Assembly (NCBI RefSeq): GCF_020745735.1
Contig: NC_083401.1
Coordinates: 159,020,018 to 159,084,017, forward strand
DNA: 64,000 nucleotides
Direction of reading: 5' to 3'
From: Hemiscyllium ocellatum
Taxonomy: Eukaryota
Below are positions 27,513 through 40,954 of the stretch, piece by piece. The notes under the pieces were generated by a model, which was not told the origin of the DNA, ran no database searches, and saw only the letters and a program-made list of their open reading frames with translations. Both the position numbers and the translations under genes were made by a program. Positions within the stretch are counted from its first letter, which is position 1. Every line of letters begins with the position of its first letter.

Positions 27513-28489
27513 CTAAAGGAACAAAAAAAAATTACTTTGGTATAACAAACTTCACTGCAGAGAATACTGATATATTTTTAAAGTCCAATCCTATTGTTTA
27601 ATGATTTTTCTCTATGCCTGTCTTTTGAAGGAACATTCTTAAATATAATCCACCTATAGCATACATTTTTAGCTATTAATTATTTGAGAGCTTGGGCAGT
27701 GGGACTGGCAGGCTACTCAACTAGATGAGACATTATAGCTGAAGATGCATGGCTCATGCTTTATAGAAGACACATAATTGATACTGACACGTGCAATTCT
27801 GAGTTGCAACTACTGATGGGAATATTGACCAACTTTCCTCTCACCAAATTGGGCACAACTTTTGTTTTTCACATCATATCAGGTAAGATATGCTAATTTA
27901 AAGGCTAATTTACTCAGAATCATTTTAAGTCACTTAGGAACATACAGAAGTCGCTTAAACTCAAATTTGGAAGCAAAGCTATTCCTCAATGACATGCAAC
28001 CAAACAACAGCAGAATGTCTGAGGCTCTGACACAAAGTGTAAAGTTTTTGGAAGCTTCAAATTTAAAGTTTCAATATTTTCCTTTCTTTGTTTCCCTACC
28101 ACACCCAATTTCCAGGAGGGTATGTAATTCTCTTGCCTGAGAATTGCTCTAGTCTGTCAAACACTGCTGTGTTCCTTCCTAACAGATTTGTCTCTTTAGG
28201 GCAAGGCTGATTTTACACTATATATGCCCTCTACTCTTTCCCCAGAATTCGAAACAATTTGCCATTTTCCAAAGACAACCAGAGAATTTCTTCAAAGCCT
28301 GTCTTATTGCCTGTCAGCCTAATGGCCAAATAACTTTACACACAATATCTTGGAGATAATATATTATCATTCTAAGTGAGAGGAAGAGCTTACTCATCTT
28401 GTTTCCAATTTCTAAATTTAGAATAACTTAAAAGAATCATCTACAGAGCTACTGCAATAATCCAAAAGGACACGGGCGGGGAGTATTTC

Positions 28490-28620
28490 TGTCAGTTAAT
28501 CGAATTCTGGATAATCGAATGCCAGATAATATAACTTAGCCAAGAATCGGGACTTTGCCATCTTGCTGGATAATCCAATATTTGGATAATCGAATGCCGG
28601 ATAATCGAGCTTCCTCTGTA
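28490..28620. mobile_element. End of a Tc1/pogo(Tigger)-like MITE
   Basis: Repeated GGATAATCGA subterminal motifs, ending ...ttcctCTG-TA. Confidence 0.55.
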
Positions 28621-29117
28621 AACATATTAGCGATAGTCTAATCAAGCCAGTAAAACACAAGTGTGATATATTTAGTAAATGTCAATGGGGAAAGAAAATG
28701 TTCACACACTATCTCTGGAATGCAAGTGCCCTGACATTTTACAGGTCTTACAAAAATTAAGTGTTTACATTAATACCCTACTACTGAATTAATTTAATCA
28801 AAATTAAATGTGTGCAACTGAAATTATATTTTTATTAGTTTAAAATAATACAGTCAACATGGATTCATTCTACAAGTAGGCAAGTACTGCCACACAGTCC
28901 AACAAAACTTGGGTTTAAAAAAAAGTTGCGATTGTAATCAAAATTTAAAACAAAAATAACGCAAGAAGTAACCCCACATAAATAAGTCATTTGGAAAGCG
29001 GGAGGTTTTAATTTCAAACTAAACCTGAGATACTGCAAGATTGAGTCACAATACACGCCAAGTATCAACCAAGGAATTTTAGTTAGACTCAGAATCCCTC
29101 AAAGAAGGAGAAATACA

Positions 29118-29425
29118 TTAGATTACTTACAGTGTGGAAACAGGCCCTTCGGCCCAACAAGTCCACACTGACCCGCCGAAGCGCAACCCACCCATATCCC
29201 TACATTTACCCCTTACCTAACACTATCGGGCAATTTAGCATGGCCAATTCACCTGACCCGCACATCTTTGGACTGTGGGAGGAAACCGGAGCACCCAGAG
29301 GAAACCCATGCAGACACGGGGAGAACGTGCAAACTCCACACAGTCAGTCGCCTGAGTCGGGAATTGAACCCGGGTCTCAGGCGCTGTGAGGCAACAGTGC
29401 TAATCACTGTGCCACCGTGCCGCCC
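29118..29425 (-). mobile_element. HE1-type V-SINE, full length
   Basis: tRNA-like head GGGCGGCACGGTGGCACAGTG...GGTTCAATTCC, V-domain GTTCTCCCCGTGTCTGCATGGGTTTCC and a TAATCTAA tail. ACATTA flanks both sides (29115-29120 and 29426-29431). Confidence 0.9.
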
Positions 29426-29718
29426 ACATTACAGCAATACAATCCAAGGGAGGATGCCATAACTTAAAAGAAAAGGCATTGATGCAATATTGGCACAGTT
29501 TTCAACACAATATCTCAAAATCTCAAGTTTATTCCTGCTCTCTGCCCTTAAAATGCAATGAACCCAAACAATTTTGAAATATTTGTTGATAGTAATAATT
29601 CAGGTTAAATTTAAATTAAAACTTTAAATTAAAAAAGAATTTGAGATAGTTTCTATTTGATATAAATTCCACACATCAACCATTAATTAAAATATCCAAC
29701 AAACAGCTTGCATCTTAC

Positions 29719-29804
29719 CTGCAATTCATCTCCTCCTACTGGTGGAATGAATAAAATCAGCATATCCACCATGTCTGCTACGGCAAATTCTGACTGGCCC
29801 ACGC
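29719..29804 (-). CDS. MMAA: MMAA coding exon 4
   Basis: Acceptor ttttacAG|GC. Encodes [28 protein letters not shown]. Donor CAG|GTAAG; 86 nt. Confidence 0.97.
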
Positions 29805-31904
29805 CTGTAAAATAAAAACACACCAACATTCAATAGGTTCTAGCAAAACTATATTTGGAGTAGATAGGCAATTCAGCCAGTTGCACTTGCTCTGCCATTT
29901 AAAATGATCACGGTGGATCAAATACATCAATGTCTTTTATCCACACCATTTATAACCTTTTTAAGGATTATCAAATATTTTATCAATCTCTCCAATTAAA
30001 TACGACTAAGCTTCTGCTGGAGTGGAGAATTCCAAAGATTCACTACTGTGTAAAGAAACTCTCATTTGTACTAAATGCATTCCCCGATTAACTGCAGGAT
30101 AAATATCTTGCCTGTATCCATCCTGTCCATTCTTTTAAGTATTTTGTAGGTTTTAATGACATAACCTATCATTTTTCAAAACTATAAAGAGAAAATAGGT
30201 GTAACATTAAGCTGCAATCAAAATGCATTTTATTCTTCCTAGACTGTTAAAAAACAACAAAAAAATTGGTATAGTTTTACTCTATTGAAATACTTAAGGT
30301 GTTACTTAATCACTAATCAACTATTTTAAAAGAGGCAGCATGCCATAAACATATCCTTGGCAAAATTTATTATTCTCACGTGCCACCTCCTGAACCAAGT
30401 AAAAAGAAACACCGAAAGAAATAATCTGCCCTTTTTGATTTTTTTTAAAAGAGGAAGCTTCTCTGTCTAAGACCTCACCCTAGTAGCAGAGAACTCAAAC
30501 TTTCGGCTCCAGCAGTCAGCAAAAACCTACTCCATTGAAAGCAAAACTAATCTTGAGTCTGTGACAGCTTGACCCCACCCACTCATTATTCTTTGTCTTA
30601 CTATATAGAAAAACAAATATCTATGGAGAATTCAAAGCTGTTTACCAACTGCCTGTCAGAAAGAGACATTTTGACATCAATGACAACACCCCTCTGCGAA
30701 AGCAGCAAGACAGAACACATCTTAAAGGCACATTATTGTCACAAAACTTTGTTTCTGTCCTCTCTGGCAAAAATATAAATAGACCAGGTGCAATCTACCA
30801 AGCTCTGTAGGCACTGAAGCTAAATTTACAACTCCTGCTTGGAAATCTTCTTGTAACAAAGACTAATATCTATTCGCATTCTTAATAGTTTGCTGCACTA
30901 CTATGCTAGCCTTCCGTGACTTATTGACAAGGACACAAAATCCCTTGCATATCTATACTTTTCAATCTCTCCCCATTTAAGAAATACTCCATATAAATAT
31001 TGTTCCTATCAAAATAGATATCTTGCCTCTCACTAAACCTGTCCAAATGCTCATGAAATAATTTTGTATCTTGATCTGCAAAATTGGATCCCATATACAA
31101 ATAATTGGTTATAATTGAACCATTGAGGCCCAAGTACAAATCCTTGTAGCACTGCAATAACTATTGCCGGCCAACACAAGAATAACTTTTACTCCTACTA
31201 TGTTTTGTCAGTTAGCCAACTGGTAACCCATGTTAGTGCGTTACCTCATTGCATCTAATTTTACTAATCAATTGCCTGCAGTTGGCCTTATCAAATTCCT
31301 TCTGAATGTCCAATCATACTGTATTTTTAGGAGTTGGTTAGTTCAGCTAGCTAGACAGCTAGTTTGCATAGCAGAGCAAGTCAATTCCTACAATGGCTAG
31401 TTTACCATAAAGGACTCTCCTACTCAACTTCTCCAGAGGTAAGTAAATCACCACTAGTTGTGAATCCCTAACGAAACAGCAACTCTCTGGTCTTCTGGGA
31501 TATTGTAGAATTTCTTGGCCTCCAAAGAGTTTTACAAGTTTGAATATTCATCTGAACCCCAGTTTAACATCTAAGCTTAAACACAACACTTTTAATAATG
31601 CAACTTTTATATTTATGCTTACATTAGATAGAAAATTAAAAGTCAAGAACCACCATTAGTTCACAACATTGGCTGCAGAAGTTGATAAATGGAGTCAGCA
31701 CTCAGTCGGAGGTAGTACTCGCATTGGTAAATCGGAATGTCAAGCAGTTTGACAAGAAAGATTCATTCACTTTCTCGGGCTTGCGTTTATTTGCACAAGC
31801 ACAGAAACAAGGAACAACTTCAATTCTGGAAAATGAAAACTGCTTGCAACATTCCCTTCATTACAAAAGCAACTATTCTTCAGAAGACCCTGATTGTGAA
31901 AGCA

Positions 31905-32188
31905 TCCTGTGGCACCCAAACAGAGAACAGCCAGGGAATTCCTAGAGGCATGGCATTCATCCACAAACTCCATCAACAGACACATCGACCTGGACCCAAT
32001 ATACCAATCACTACAGCGGACAGCTGAAACTGACACCCGGAAGCGGCAAGGACAGACCACTATAAATGCCGGAAGAAACATCAAAGAAGCGCTTTGCAGG
32101 AGGCTCCAGAGCACTGATGATGTCTCCTAGCCAGGGGACGAAACGTTTGCAACAAAAACTTCCAGCTCGGCGAACAGAACCACTACAT
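31905..32188 (+). mobile_element. Penelope-like element 3' fragment (GIY-YIG C-terminus + 3' repeat)
   Basis: Encodes AREFLEAWHSSTNSINRHIDLDPIY and is followed by a hammerhead motif. Confidence 0.85.
32111..32150 (+). ncRNA. Minimal hammerhead ribozyme motif
   Basis: GCA-CTGATGA-T-GTCTCC(TAGCCA)GGGGAC-GAAA-CGTT-TGC. Confidence 0.75.
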
Positions 32189-32422
32189 CAAGGGATCATA
32201 ATTTGAACCCCGCTAATGTCAGAGTTGAAAGAAGAAAGGCTAATCAAAAAGAAACGTCCTCTGAGTATTGAGTTGTCATACACAAATTGCAAGGATATAC
32301 TGATGTCCTTTTTTTTGTCTTTGGTAATGCCCACATGTAAATAACACAAAGTTGTTCTTCAAAAACTGGCTAAGAAACAATAGTGTTGGTATGATTACAT
32401 GTGGAGGATTTCCTACCACCTC

Positions 32423-32745
32423 AGAGAAAGTGAGGACTGCAGATCAGAGTCAAGAGTGTGGTGCTGGAAAAGCACAGCAGGTCAGGCAGCATCCGAGGAG
32501 CAGGTGAGTTGACGTTTCGAGCATATGCCCTTCATCAGGGATGAGGTTTGTGGGCCATTGTAGAGAGAGGAGGAGAACTTCTTCAAGGCAGGCATCCTAG
32601 GAAGAGGCTTTGCACGAAGGTTGAAATCAACTAGGAGCAAGTGAGAACTGCAGATGCTGGAGATCAGAGTCGACAGTGTGCTGCTGGAAAAGCACAGCAG
32701 CATCCTTGGAAAGGACTTTGCAGTAGGGTTGAGGCATCCTTGGAA
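32423..32745 (-). mobile_element. Rearranged PLE-derived fragments with intact hammerhead core at 32511-32538
   Basis: Two copies of the family terminus. Minus-strand CTGATGA-A-GGGC(ATAT)GCTC-GAAA-CGTC. Confidence 0.75.
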
Positions 32746-32749
32746 CATG

Positions 32750-33600
32750 TGATGCAGTTCTATAAAACATGTTTATGAAGTCCTGGCCATGTAAAATAAC
32801 TATAGATTGATACCTACGGTTTCTGTATTTTGTACATCCTGCCGTAGGAACTCCACATGCTTCTTACAATATTTCTTTACAATATTCCTGGCAATACCAC
32901 CATTTGATGAACAAGCAAAAACTAAGTCCATTCTTCATCCACAAGTCTTTGAGGATGTCTCCACTTCCTCACTATGGAACCTTTTTAGCCTCAGCTTTAG
33001 TGTGAGCAATCTTTCCTAACTTAATTAACTCTGGATCTACTTCCGGAGCTTCAATAAATGAAGAATGTCCAAAAACTCTTGAATATCCTTAAACAGAGCT
33101 TCAGTGACCATAGCATCTGCTTGTGATATTATTGTGACCTCGAGGGACTTTGTTTAGCCACTGCTCTGATCACAACATATGATAAAAAATACCCAGAATC
33201 TGTTAGTATTTCTAGACTCAAATGGGTTTTCCATGATTATAACTAAAGGTATGATTTCCACTCCTGCCAGGCCATCACTTCATAGCAAATCAATTCCAAC
33301 TATAGGCATTTTCTTTACAATCCTAATTACTACTCGCACAGAAAAGAAGTCATCATCCACTGTACAACAGAACTGGGATATATCTCTGCCTAGCCTATTC
33401 CATTTATCAATATTTTGAATTTCAACAAATTCTCTGGAAGAAAAACTAAATCCTTCTCCAGAAAGAATCAGAGTTGCCTCTGCATCCCTTGACGAGTTAT
33501 GTACTTGAAGTCTTCCTTTGAAGGAAAGGGACCATAAGCCCTCTAACTTTGTTAGAATCCACTGGATTGTTTGCCATGAATTAAGCCCTCCTACTGTGGA
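32750..33600 (-). mobile_element. Degenerate Gypsy-like LTR retrotransposon internal fragment
   Basis: Minus-strand remnants resembling FxWPGLHKxV and VPTAG (integrase Zn-binding region) and D.LAGVEI. Heavily decayed. Confidence 0.4.
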
Positions 33601-34074
33601 ACCATACTAAATATAATATTTACTTTTAGGTGAACAGAGTACCCAAAATTACCTGACTTTCAGACCAAGGTTTCTGCACTAAACAACAAATTGTTATTTA
33701 TTAGAATTTGCTTATTTGTCAGAAATAATTAGACTATAGCTACAAGAGATAAACTATCGGGTATATAACAATACCAACTAAAACACTAATCGCCTTATAA
33801 ACTTACCCTTACAAATACAAAGAGATAAATAATTAGGGAAAATAGATTACTGCTGAGGTAAAAAAAAAACTGGAAAGTCAGTTGTGGTGTTTGCTTCCCA
33901 ACTCTGATGTTAGATAATCCTATTTCAGCTAACTATACCCTTGGTGTTCAGTTATCTCTTTCTGGAAGCTCCCACTGGTTTGTAAGGAGTAAAGAATGAC
34001 TGATTCACTTGAAAAATGTCAGATTATTCAATTCAAAAAGTCACAGCTCACAGGAACAGCTGCTGGAAATGTAT

Positions 34075-34942
34075 GACAGTATTTTGGAACACTGGTACAC
34101 TCATTACTCCCAGAAATATTGTAAATGATGCCACTAATAATGTGGCAAGGGGAATACAGATGAGTCAGGCAGCACACCTCCAACCCCAAAGACCTTTTAA
34201 ACATTTACAGATGGATTTTATTGAACTTAACACCCAGCAAAAGGAAAAGATATTGTCTGGTAATAGTTGATATGTTTTCCAAATGAGTGGAAGCATTCCC
34301 CACGTCTAAACAGGATGCCAATGCTGTAGCCAAGGCTTTGCTAACTGAAATAAATCTGAGTTGGAGCATCCCTGAAAGGCTTAGTAGTGACAATGGGACA
34401 CCATTTATCAATAATGCCCTGCAGCAGATCAGTGATTACTTGGGAATAAACATGAGACAACACTGTACCTACCACCCAGCAAGCAGTGGAGCAGTGGAAA
34501 GAGAAAATGAAACCCTAAAAATAAATTGACAAAATGTTGTGAGGAACTAGGGGTGACATGGACAAAGGCACTTCTGATTATGCTAATGTATATGAGATCT
34601 AGGAGGAGAGGAAGAGCTAATCCTAGCCTGTTTGAGATTCTGTTTGGTAGGCCGCCCAATACATGAATTGGCCCAAGACCTAAGGTAAGACAGATAACAG
34701 ACCACTGTGAGGATGCAATGTTGTATTACTGTATAAAACTCTCAACACTTTTGTCTCAAATACAGAATCAAGTGAAAGCAGCACTACCCCAACCTTCAGA
34801 AGGGAAGCTGCATGATCTAGAACCTGGAGACTGGATAGTGGTGAAAGACTTCAGGAGGGAAAGCTGGAAGGCGAAGAGGTGGTTGAGACCGTTTCAAGTG
34901 CTCCTAACAACACAGACAGCTGTTAAGATCGCCGATGTATAG
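34075..34942 (+). mobile_element. Endogenous retrovirus (class I-like) integrase pseudogene fragment
   Basis: PFKHLQMDFIEL, VEAFPT, IPERLSSDNGTPF and HPASSGAVEREN (D-D-E triad), then LEPGDWIVVKDF...W..PFQVLLTTQTAVK. Contains stops and frameshifts. Confidence 0.88.
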
Positions 34943-35025
34943 CTATCTGGCTCTGTATTTTTTTTTAATCTGGCTCTGTATTTTTTTTTGTCCTTATTGT
35001 CATACAATGACAAAAAGTGGGGAAA

Positions 35026-35468
35026 TGTAATGGAAAATTAACAAAATTAACATTTACTGTGAAATCTGAAAGAGAATACTTTGCTAAATCTAATTCTTTA
35101 CTAAATCTTTAGGTAGACAGCCTGACTTTGCTGAATTTTGCAAGCAGGCAGCCTGGCCTTGCAAGACTTGCAAACAGTCGAATTCAGCAGAGTCAGGGAA
35201 AACATATGGGCAGTAAGCAATTATATCAACAGCAAAGGAATGAGAAAAACAACTCCATATGTGGAAAGGAGGTCAAATGTTCCCAGCTTTTGTCCTTGAG
35301 CGTGTGATAAGGATACGCGAAGTATAGTATAAAGAGAATGTGAAAGCTGTTCAGGGCCCTTACATGAGGTGTTTTGCCAGCTATGTTGGGTTCCCTGCAA
35401 AAGTTACAATAAAGCTTTTTCTTTGCTTTTGCTAGTATTTGAGTCGAGTCAAGTTAATTTCCACAACA
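35026..35468 (+). mobile_element. ERV 3' LTR
   Basis: Preceded by the polypurine tract AAAAAGTGGGGAAA. Starts TGTAA, contains TATAAA (about 35328) and AATAAA (35408-35413), and ends ACAACA. Confidence 0.75.
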
Positions 35469-36285
35469 GGTAACTGGCTTTCTTCAATTTTAAACTGTTG
35501 CAGTGAACAGCTTCTGCTGTAGAGAACAACAGTACACCCTTCGCACCTTCGATATCCTTCTATGTGTCTACGCCTCTAACTTGTTTCCAGTCCCAAATTG
35601 CTCAGTTCACGAAGAACCAACCATGTTCACTTGTGACCAAGTCTTTGACTCCTCATTGTCTGCACATTGCAGGAATCCACAGTCACAAAAAGTTCACAAC
35701 AGGTACGTAATTTCTTGCTGTGAAATTATGCAGCCATCCCAACAAATTCATGGTTTTTAAACAATTAGTTGTCCTTGAAGACCACAATTTTTAAATACAC
35801 AAAAATAAAATGACTCTTCTTTGCACCTACATGAGTGTTGCTTCAAAACATGCAGCATGACACCTTCCAGAGCAAACTAGCCTACTTGATTAGCACTATA
35901 TCCATTCCTCGACAGTGCTGTAGATTGCACCATCTACAAGATACAATGCAGAACTTGCCAAGATTCCCATGGCAGCACTTTTAAAAGTCCACATCTACCA
36001 CCTAGAGCAAGGACAGAAGCCATATGAACCGCCAACTACATGTTACCCTCGGAATGATGCAGCATTTTGATGGCATTTATGCAATGTCACCAAACCAAAC
36101 TAATTACTCTGTCCATCCCTTCCTCTCTAAGCAACTGGTCAATATAAGCACCCCAGTTCTGCAGAATCACATGTAGCCAATGAGGATCAGAAAACAAATA
36201 TTCAAACCTCTAACTTTTACTCCTATTAAAGGCAGTTCATAAATACAAGTTCAGATTATTGATGGAAGGCATGAAATAATCTTGA

Positions 36286-36404
36286 AGAAATGAATACTGC
36301 AGATCTTGGAGACCAGAGTCAAAAAGTGTGAAGCTGGAAAAGCACAGCAAGTCAGGCAGCATTTGAGAAGGAGGAGAATTTTGGGCATAAGCCCTTCATC
36401 AGGG
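36286..36404 (-). mobile_element. Single-arm PLE-derived element
   Basis: Family terminus through cccttcatcagg. Flanked by ATGAAATAATCTTGA (36271-36285) and ATGAAATCATCTTGA (36405-36419). Confidence 0.8.
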
Positions 36405-37509
36405 ATGAAATCATCTTGAGCAGGCACCATGATTATCCCAGGAGTGACTTTAAAAAAGTTAAGCTTTCGAGGGATATGAATGCTTATATCTGTCTGTCAT
36501 CAACTCTGTGCCGTGTAACACACTGAGCAACAGTCTCTCTCATTGCCCAGTAAACCAAAAATGCAATGAGAACACTGATTGACCTCCCAAGGGCCAAAAC
36601 TGGGTCATGGGTAGGCTAGGCAACCCATCCAATGTTGCCTCCACTGTTCATAAAATTGCAGCGAAGGCAGGCAAGCAGGCCACAGGTAGTATGTCTCCCT
36701 AATTTATGGATTCACCTTCAGGTTTTCACATTTACTCGCAGTTCAAGATTACTTGTAATGTTCAAAGCTAACATGACAAACAATGCAGCTAAGACAAAAT
36801 GCTCTATTTCCACTAGTAACAAAACAGGCATGTTTCCCTCTTTTAAATTTCTGCAATTATTTATGAGTTTTCAATTTTTTTTTATTGTTGGTTCTTATTT
36901 CAGCCAAATTTTGAAAACATATTTAAACAGGATATTAAATTGTTGCTGTTCATACATAATCAATAGCTGCGCCAGTAAGACCATTTTTGTTGCTCTCCAA
37001 AGCTATGACAAAATTTCAAACCAGATTTTCTTTACTTTTAATATTGTCACCAATAAATTCATCTGCACATCACCACTGTTCTCAGAGAACAAGTAGTTTC
37101 CAATTAGATTGAGTAAATGAAGTAAAAGCAAGGATAAGATTGAATCTAAAGGCAAGAACTGTAAAATCAAGGTATTGCTCAAACAGGAACCAATGTGTGC
37201 CAGTGAAAACACTGTTGATGGTTAAAACAAGATTTGGTAGGAGCTAGAACATGACCAGAAGAGCTCTGCATAGCCTCAAGCTTACATAAGGTACAACACA
37301 GAAAACCAGTCAGAACGGTATTGGAATAGTCAAGTCTAGAGGTAATAAATGCACGGATGAGAAAAAAAAGGAAGGGTGAATTTTTTCTACTCAGAGTTGG
37401 TCATCTGCAGATGCAGATCTAAAGTACTCAATGAACCAGAGAAAATGTTACGAATTAGATGCCACTGCCTGAAAGCAAATTAAATATTAAATTTCAATAC
37501 GGATTGAAT

Positions 37510-37985
37510 TAAAACATAGAACATAGTACAGGTGTTTCAACCCTCGATGTTGTGCCAGCCTTTTATCGCCCTCTAAGATCAGACTAACCTACATACCCTT
37601 CATTTTACTATCATCCACATGCCTATCCAAGCATCGCTTAAATGTACCTAATATGTCTGACTAACACTGACACCAATGGCAGTGCATTCCATGCACCCAT
37701 CAATTAAAGAATCCATCTCCCCTAAACCTTCCTCCAATTATCTTAAAATGATGCCCATCATGAGACACATTTCCACCATGGCAAAAAGTCTCCAGCTATC
37801 CACTCTATCTATGCCTCTCAACCTCTTGTACACCTCTATCAAGTCACCTCTCTTACTTCTTTGCTTCAATGAGAAAGGCCCTAGCTCCCTCAACCTTTCT
37901 TCATAAGACATGCCCTCCAGTGCAGGCAGCATTCTGGGAAATCTCATCTGCACCCTCTCTGAAGCTTCCACATCTTTCCTTTAAA
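37510..37985 (-). mobile_element. CR1 LINE 3' fragment
   Basis: ORF 37738-37971 encodes ERVQMRFPRMLP...SYEERLRELG..RGDLIEVYK. Confidence 0.85.
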
Positions 37986-38599
37986 TGAAGAGACCAGTTC
38001 TTTGAGGAGGTAATTAAGACTTGAAAGGGGAATAAATTGTGGGGAATAGGCAATGAGCGGAGAATTGGATTAATCGGATAACTCTCTAAAACAAAATAGG
38101 AGTACAGTTGGTTTAGTAGCCTTCTTCTGACCTGTTCAATGCTATAATCCATTGTGCAACGTCTTCAGCTTTCATCTTACAAACGCAAGCAGTAAAATGA
38201 TCAGTTTAAAGAGCAAGTGAAGTTCATTAATAATGGCAAAGTATGAACTGAGTTATTTAAAGTTTTATTCTACTGTAGAATACTGTCACTCACTGTAACT
38301 CCCCTCAAGAAGCTGGTGGAGAGACATCATCTTGAACTGCTATAGTCATATGGTATAGAAACAACTGCAGCACTGTGAGGAAAGAACTTCCAGATTTGTG
38401 GTCCAGTGACAGTGAAGGTACAGCAACATAGTTCTGAGTCAAAAACAGTGTGCGCTTTAAGGAGAACATAGAGGTGGTGGCACATGATGCCACTGATCTT
38501 CAGGATAGTAGAGTATTAGGCTTGGAAGGTGGGAAAGGACAGCTTAATTTCTGTCATACAGGGAGATGTTAGAAATTATGAAAGCTACAGGAGGACACG

Positions 38600-39900
38600 G
38601 ACAAATTCAAGATAATCAGGCAGATTCAAAATGGCTTTATGAAAGAAAAATCATGTTGAACCAAATTACTTCAAGTTCTTTGAGGAGGTAACATTTGCTG
38701 TCGATAAAGGGTACCAGAGGATATTACACTTAGGTCTTTAGAAGGCATTTGATAAGGTGTCACATCAAAGATTATTGCAGACAATGACAACACCTGGTGT
38801 AATTGACTGCATTTGGCACAGATAGAATTTTGCTTGCTTAACAGGAATCAGGGAGCTGGTGTACATAGAACACTATGTGATGATGTAAATGGACCTTTTT
38901 TAGGTTGGCAGCATATAATAAATCGTGCACCATTGTGATCAGTACTGGGAAATCAATAGTTCACAATTAGATAAACAGACAAAGAGACAAAAGGAATGGT
39001 ACCCAAAATTTGATGACCACACAAAAATAGGTTGTAAACTAACTTGTGGAAGACGACATAAGCACATTTAAAAAAAAAAGGTGGACAAGTTAAGTAAGCT
39101 GGCAAATGGGATTTAATGTGGAAAAATGTGAAATTGTTCATGTCGGCAGGAAGGATAAAAATGCAAACCATCTAAATGGTGAAAGAATGCAGGAAAACAC
39201 AGGGATCTGGGTGTCATCATGCATGAATTGCAAAAAAATTAGGATGCAGATACAACAAGGCGGCTAATAGAATTATATTGGTTATCGAGAGAGGAATTGA
39301 ATACAAAAGGGAGGCTATGCTTCAGTTATAAAGAGCATTATAAAACTGCAACTAGAGTACTGTGTACAGTATTTGTTACCTTATTTAAGGAAAATATGTA
39401 AATGTTTTGGAGTCAATTCAGGGCAAGTTTACTTTGAATGAGTGAGTTGCCTTATAAGGAAAGTTTGGACAGGCCAGGCTTGTGTCCAGTGGAGTTCAGA
39501 AATGTATGAAGTGATTTGACAGAAACAGATAAAATCCTGAGGGGTCATAACAGGTAAATGTGGAGAGGATGTTTCCTCTTCTGCAAGAATCTAGAATTGG
39601 GGGGTCACTGTTTCGATAATCAAGGATCTTCCATTAAACAGAGAGTAGGTGAAAAATAATTGAGTGGATTCAGTGTCTTTGGAACCCTCTTCCTGAAAAG
39701 GAAGCAGGATCCTTGAATAATTTGAAGGCAGAAGTAAATAGATTCTTGTTCAGCAAAGGTTGGAAGATTGTTGAGGTTGGCAGGAATGCAGATTTGAGGT
39801 TACAATCAGATCAGCCATAATCTTATTAAATGGCAGAGCAGGCTAGAGGAGCTGACTGACTTACTCTGACTTCTTATTCATAATTTCATATGTATGGAGC
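38600..39900 (+). mobile_element. Old CR1 RT/3' fragment
   Basis: KAFDKVSH, FNVEKCEIVH and LEYCVQ remnants. Confidence 0.7.
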
Positions 39901-40064
39901 CTTAGCGGGCTGAGGCAGTTCATACTACTGCCAATGTGGTTCGGCAGAGTAAAGGTTTAAATTCATGAATAAGTTGGTGATCAAACTGGCTAATTTGCCC
40001 TGGATGACTGAAGTTTCAATGCTGTTGGAGCTACACTCATCCAGACAAGGCTAAAGTGTTCTAT

Positions 40065-40456
40065 GCTGAAAATGTGTTGCTGGAAAAGCGCAGGTCAGGC
40101 AGCATCCAAGGAACAGGAGATTCGACGTTTCGGGCATAAGCCCTTCTTCAGGAATGAGGAAAGTGTGTCCAGCAGGCTAAGATAAAAGGTAGGGAGGAGG
40201 GACTTGGGGGAAGGGCGATGGAGATGCGATAGGTGAAAGGAGGTCAAGGTGAGGGTGATAGGCCGGAGTGGGGTGGGGGCGGAGGTGGAGAGGTCAGGAA
40301 GAAGATTGCAGGTTAGGAAGGCGGTGCTGAGTTTGAGGGATTCGACTGAGACAAGGTGGGGGGAGGGGAAATGAGGAAACTGGTGAAATCTGAGTTCATC
40401 CCTTGTGGTTGGATGGTTCCCAGACGGAAGATGAGGTGCTCTTCCTCCAACCGTCG
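40065..40456 (-). mobile_element. PLE (Neptune-like) 3' fragment with intact hammerhead
   Basis: Homologous to 49829-50215. Encodes EEEHLIFRLGTIQPQGMN on the minus strand. Confidence 0.85.
40120..40155 (-). ncRNA. Minimal type I hammerhead ribozyme motif (intact; MMAA intron 3, sense)
   Basis: ATTC-CTGAAGA-A-GGGC(TTAT)GCCC-GAAA-CGTC-GAAT. Confidence 0.8.
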
Positions 40457-40563
40457 TGTTGGAGGAAGGGGAATGGGTCTGGGTGGGTTACTCTTCAGAG
40501 GGTCAGCGTGGACTTGTTGAGCTGAGGGGCCTGTTTCCGTACTGTAGGGAATCTAATCTAATC
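40457..40563 (+). mobile_element. HE1 SINE 3' tail fragment
   Basis: gggtgggttactcttc..gggtc..gtggac...ggcctgtttcc..ctgta followed by (atcta)n. Confidence 0.7.
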
Positions 40564-40954
40564 ATTGGATTCATCTGCTACATTGCACCTTTATCATTCC
40601 TGAAATCTCAACAGTTAAAGAAATACGCAGTTATCCCATGACTCATTAAGATTCCAGATAGTGTTGCTCTTGGTGTACTAATATTAGCTCCAACTTTCAG
40701 CTATTGTGTAAGCATCTTTAAAATACCTTAATGTGCATAACGACTCATGTGCAAAATGCTCCTTTCTAAAATTATAGGGACAAAGAGTCTGCTGGCTAGA
40801 CAGCTGTTATGCCAGCATAGATATAAAAAATTGAATTTTCCTCTGGGTAATTTTTCTGCACCTAGAACCCTCTGAAAATCTCCATAACAAATCATAAAGT
40901 GTTAGACTATTAATTACACAGTATAATTCTTGAGTCACTTTTAAACTGAACCAA

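Noticed and set aside
29350-29425. tRNA gene
   Set aside because: The A/B-box-like sequence is the head of an HE1 SINE, not a cloverleaf tRNA; the same applies at 61845-61905.
31682-31905. Possible coding fragment upstream of the PLE piece
   Set aside because: No recognisable domain or splice context; cannot be supported without a database search.
36632-37096. 154-aa ORF
   Set aside because: AT-rich, compositionally atypical, antisense intronic, with no recognisable motif.
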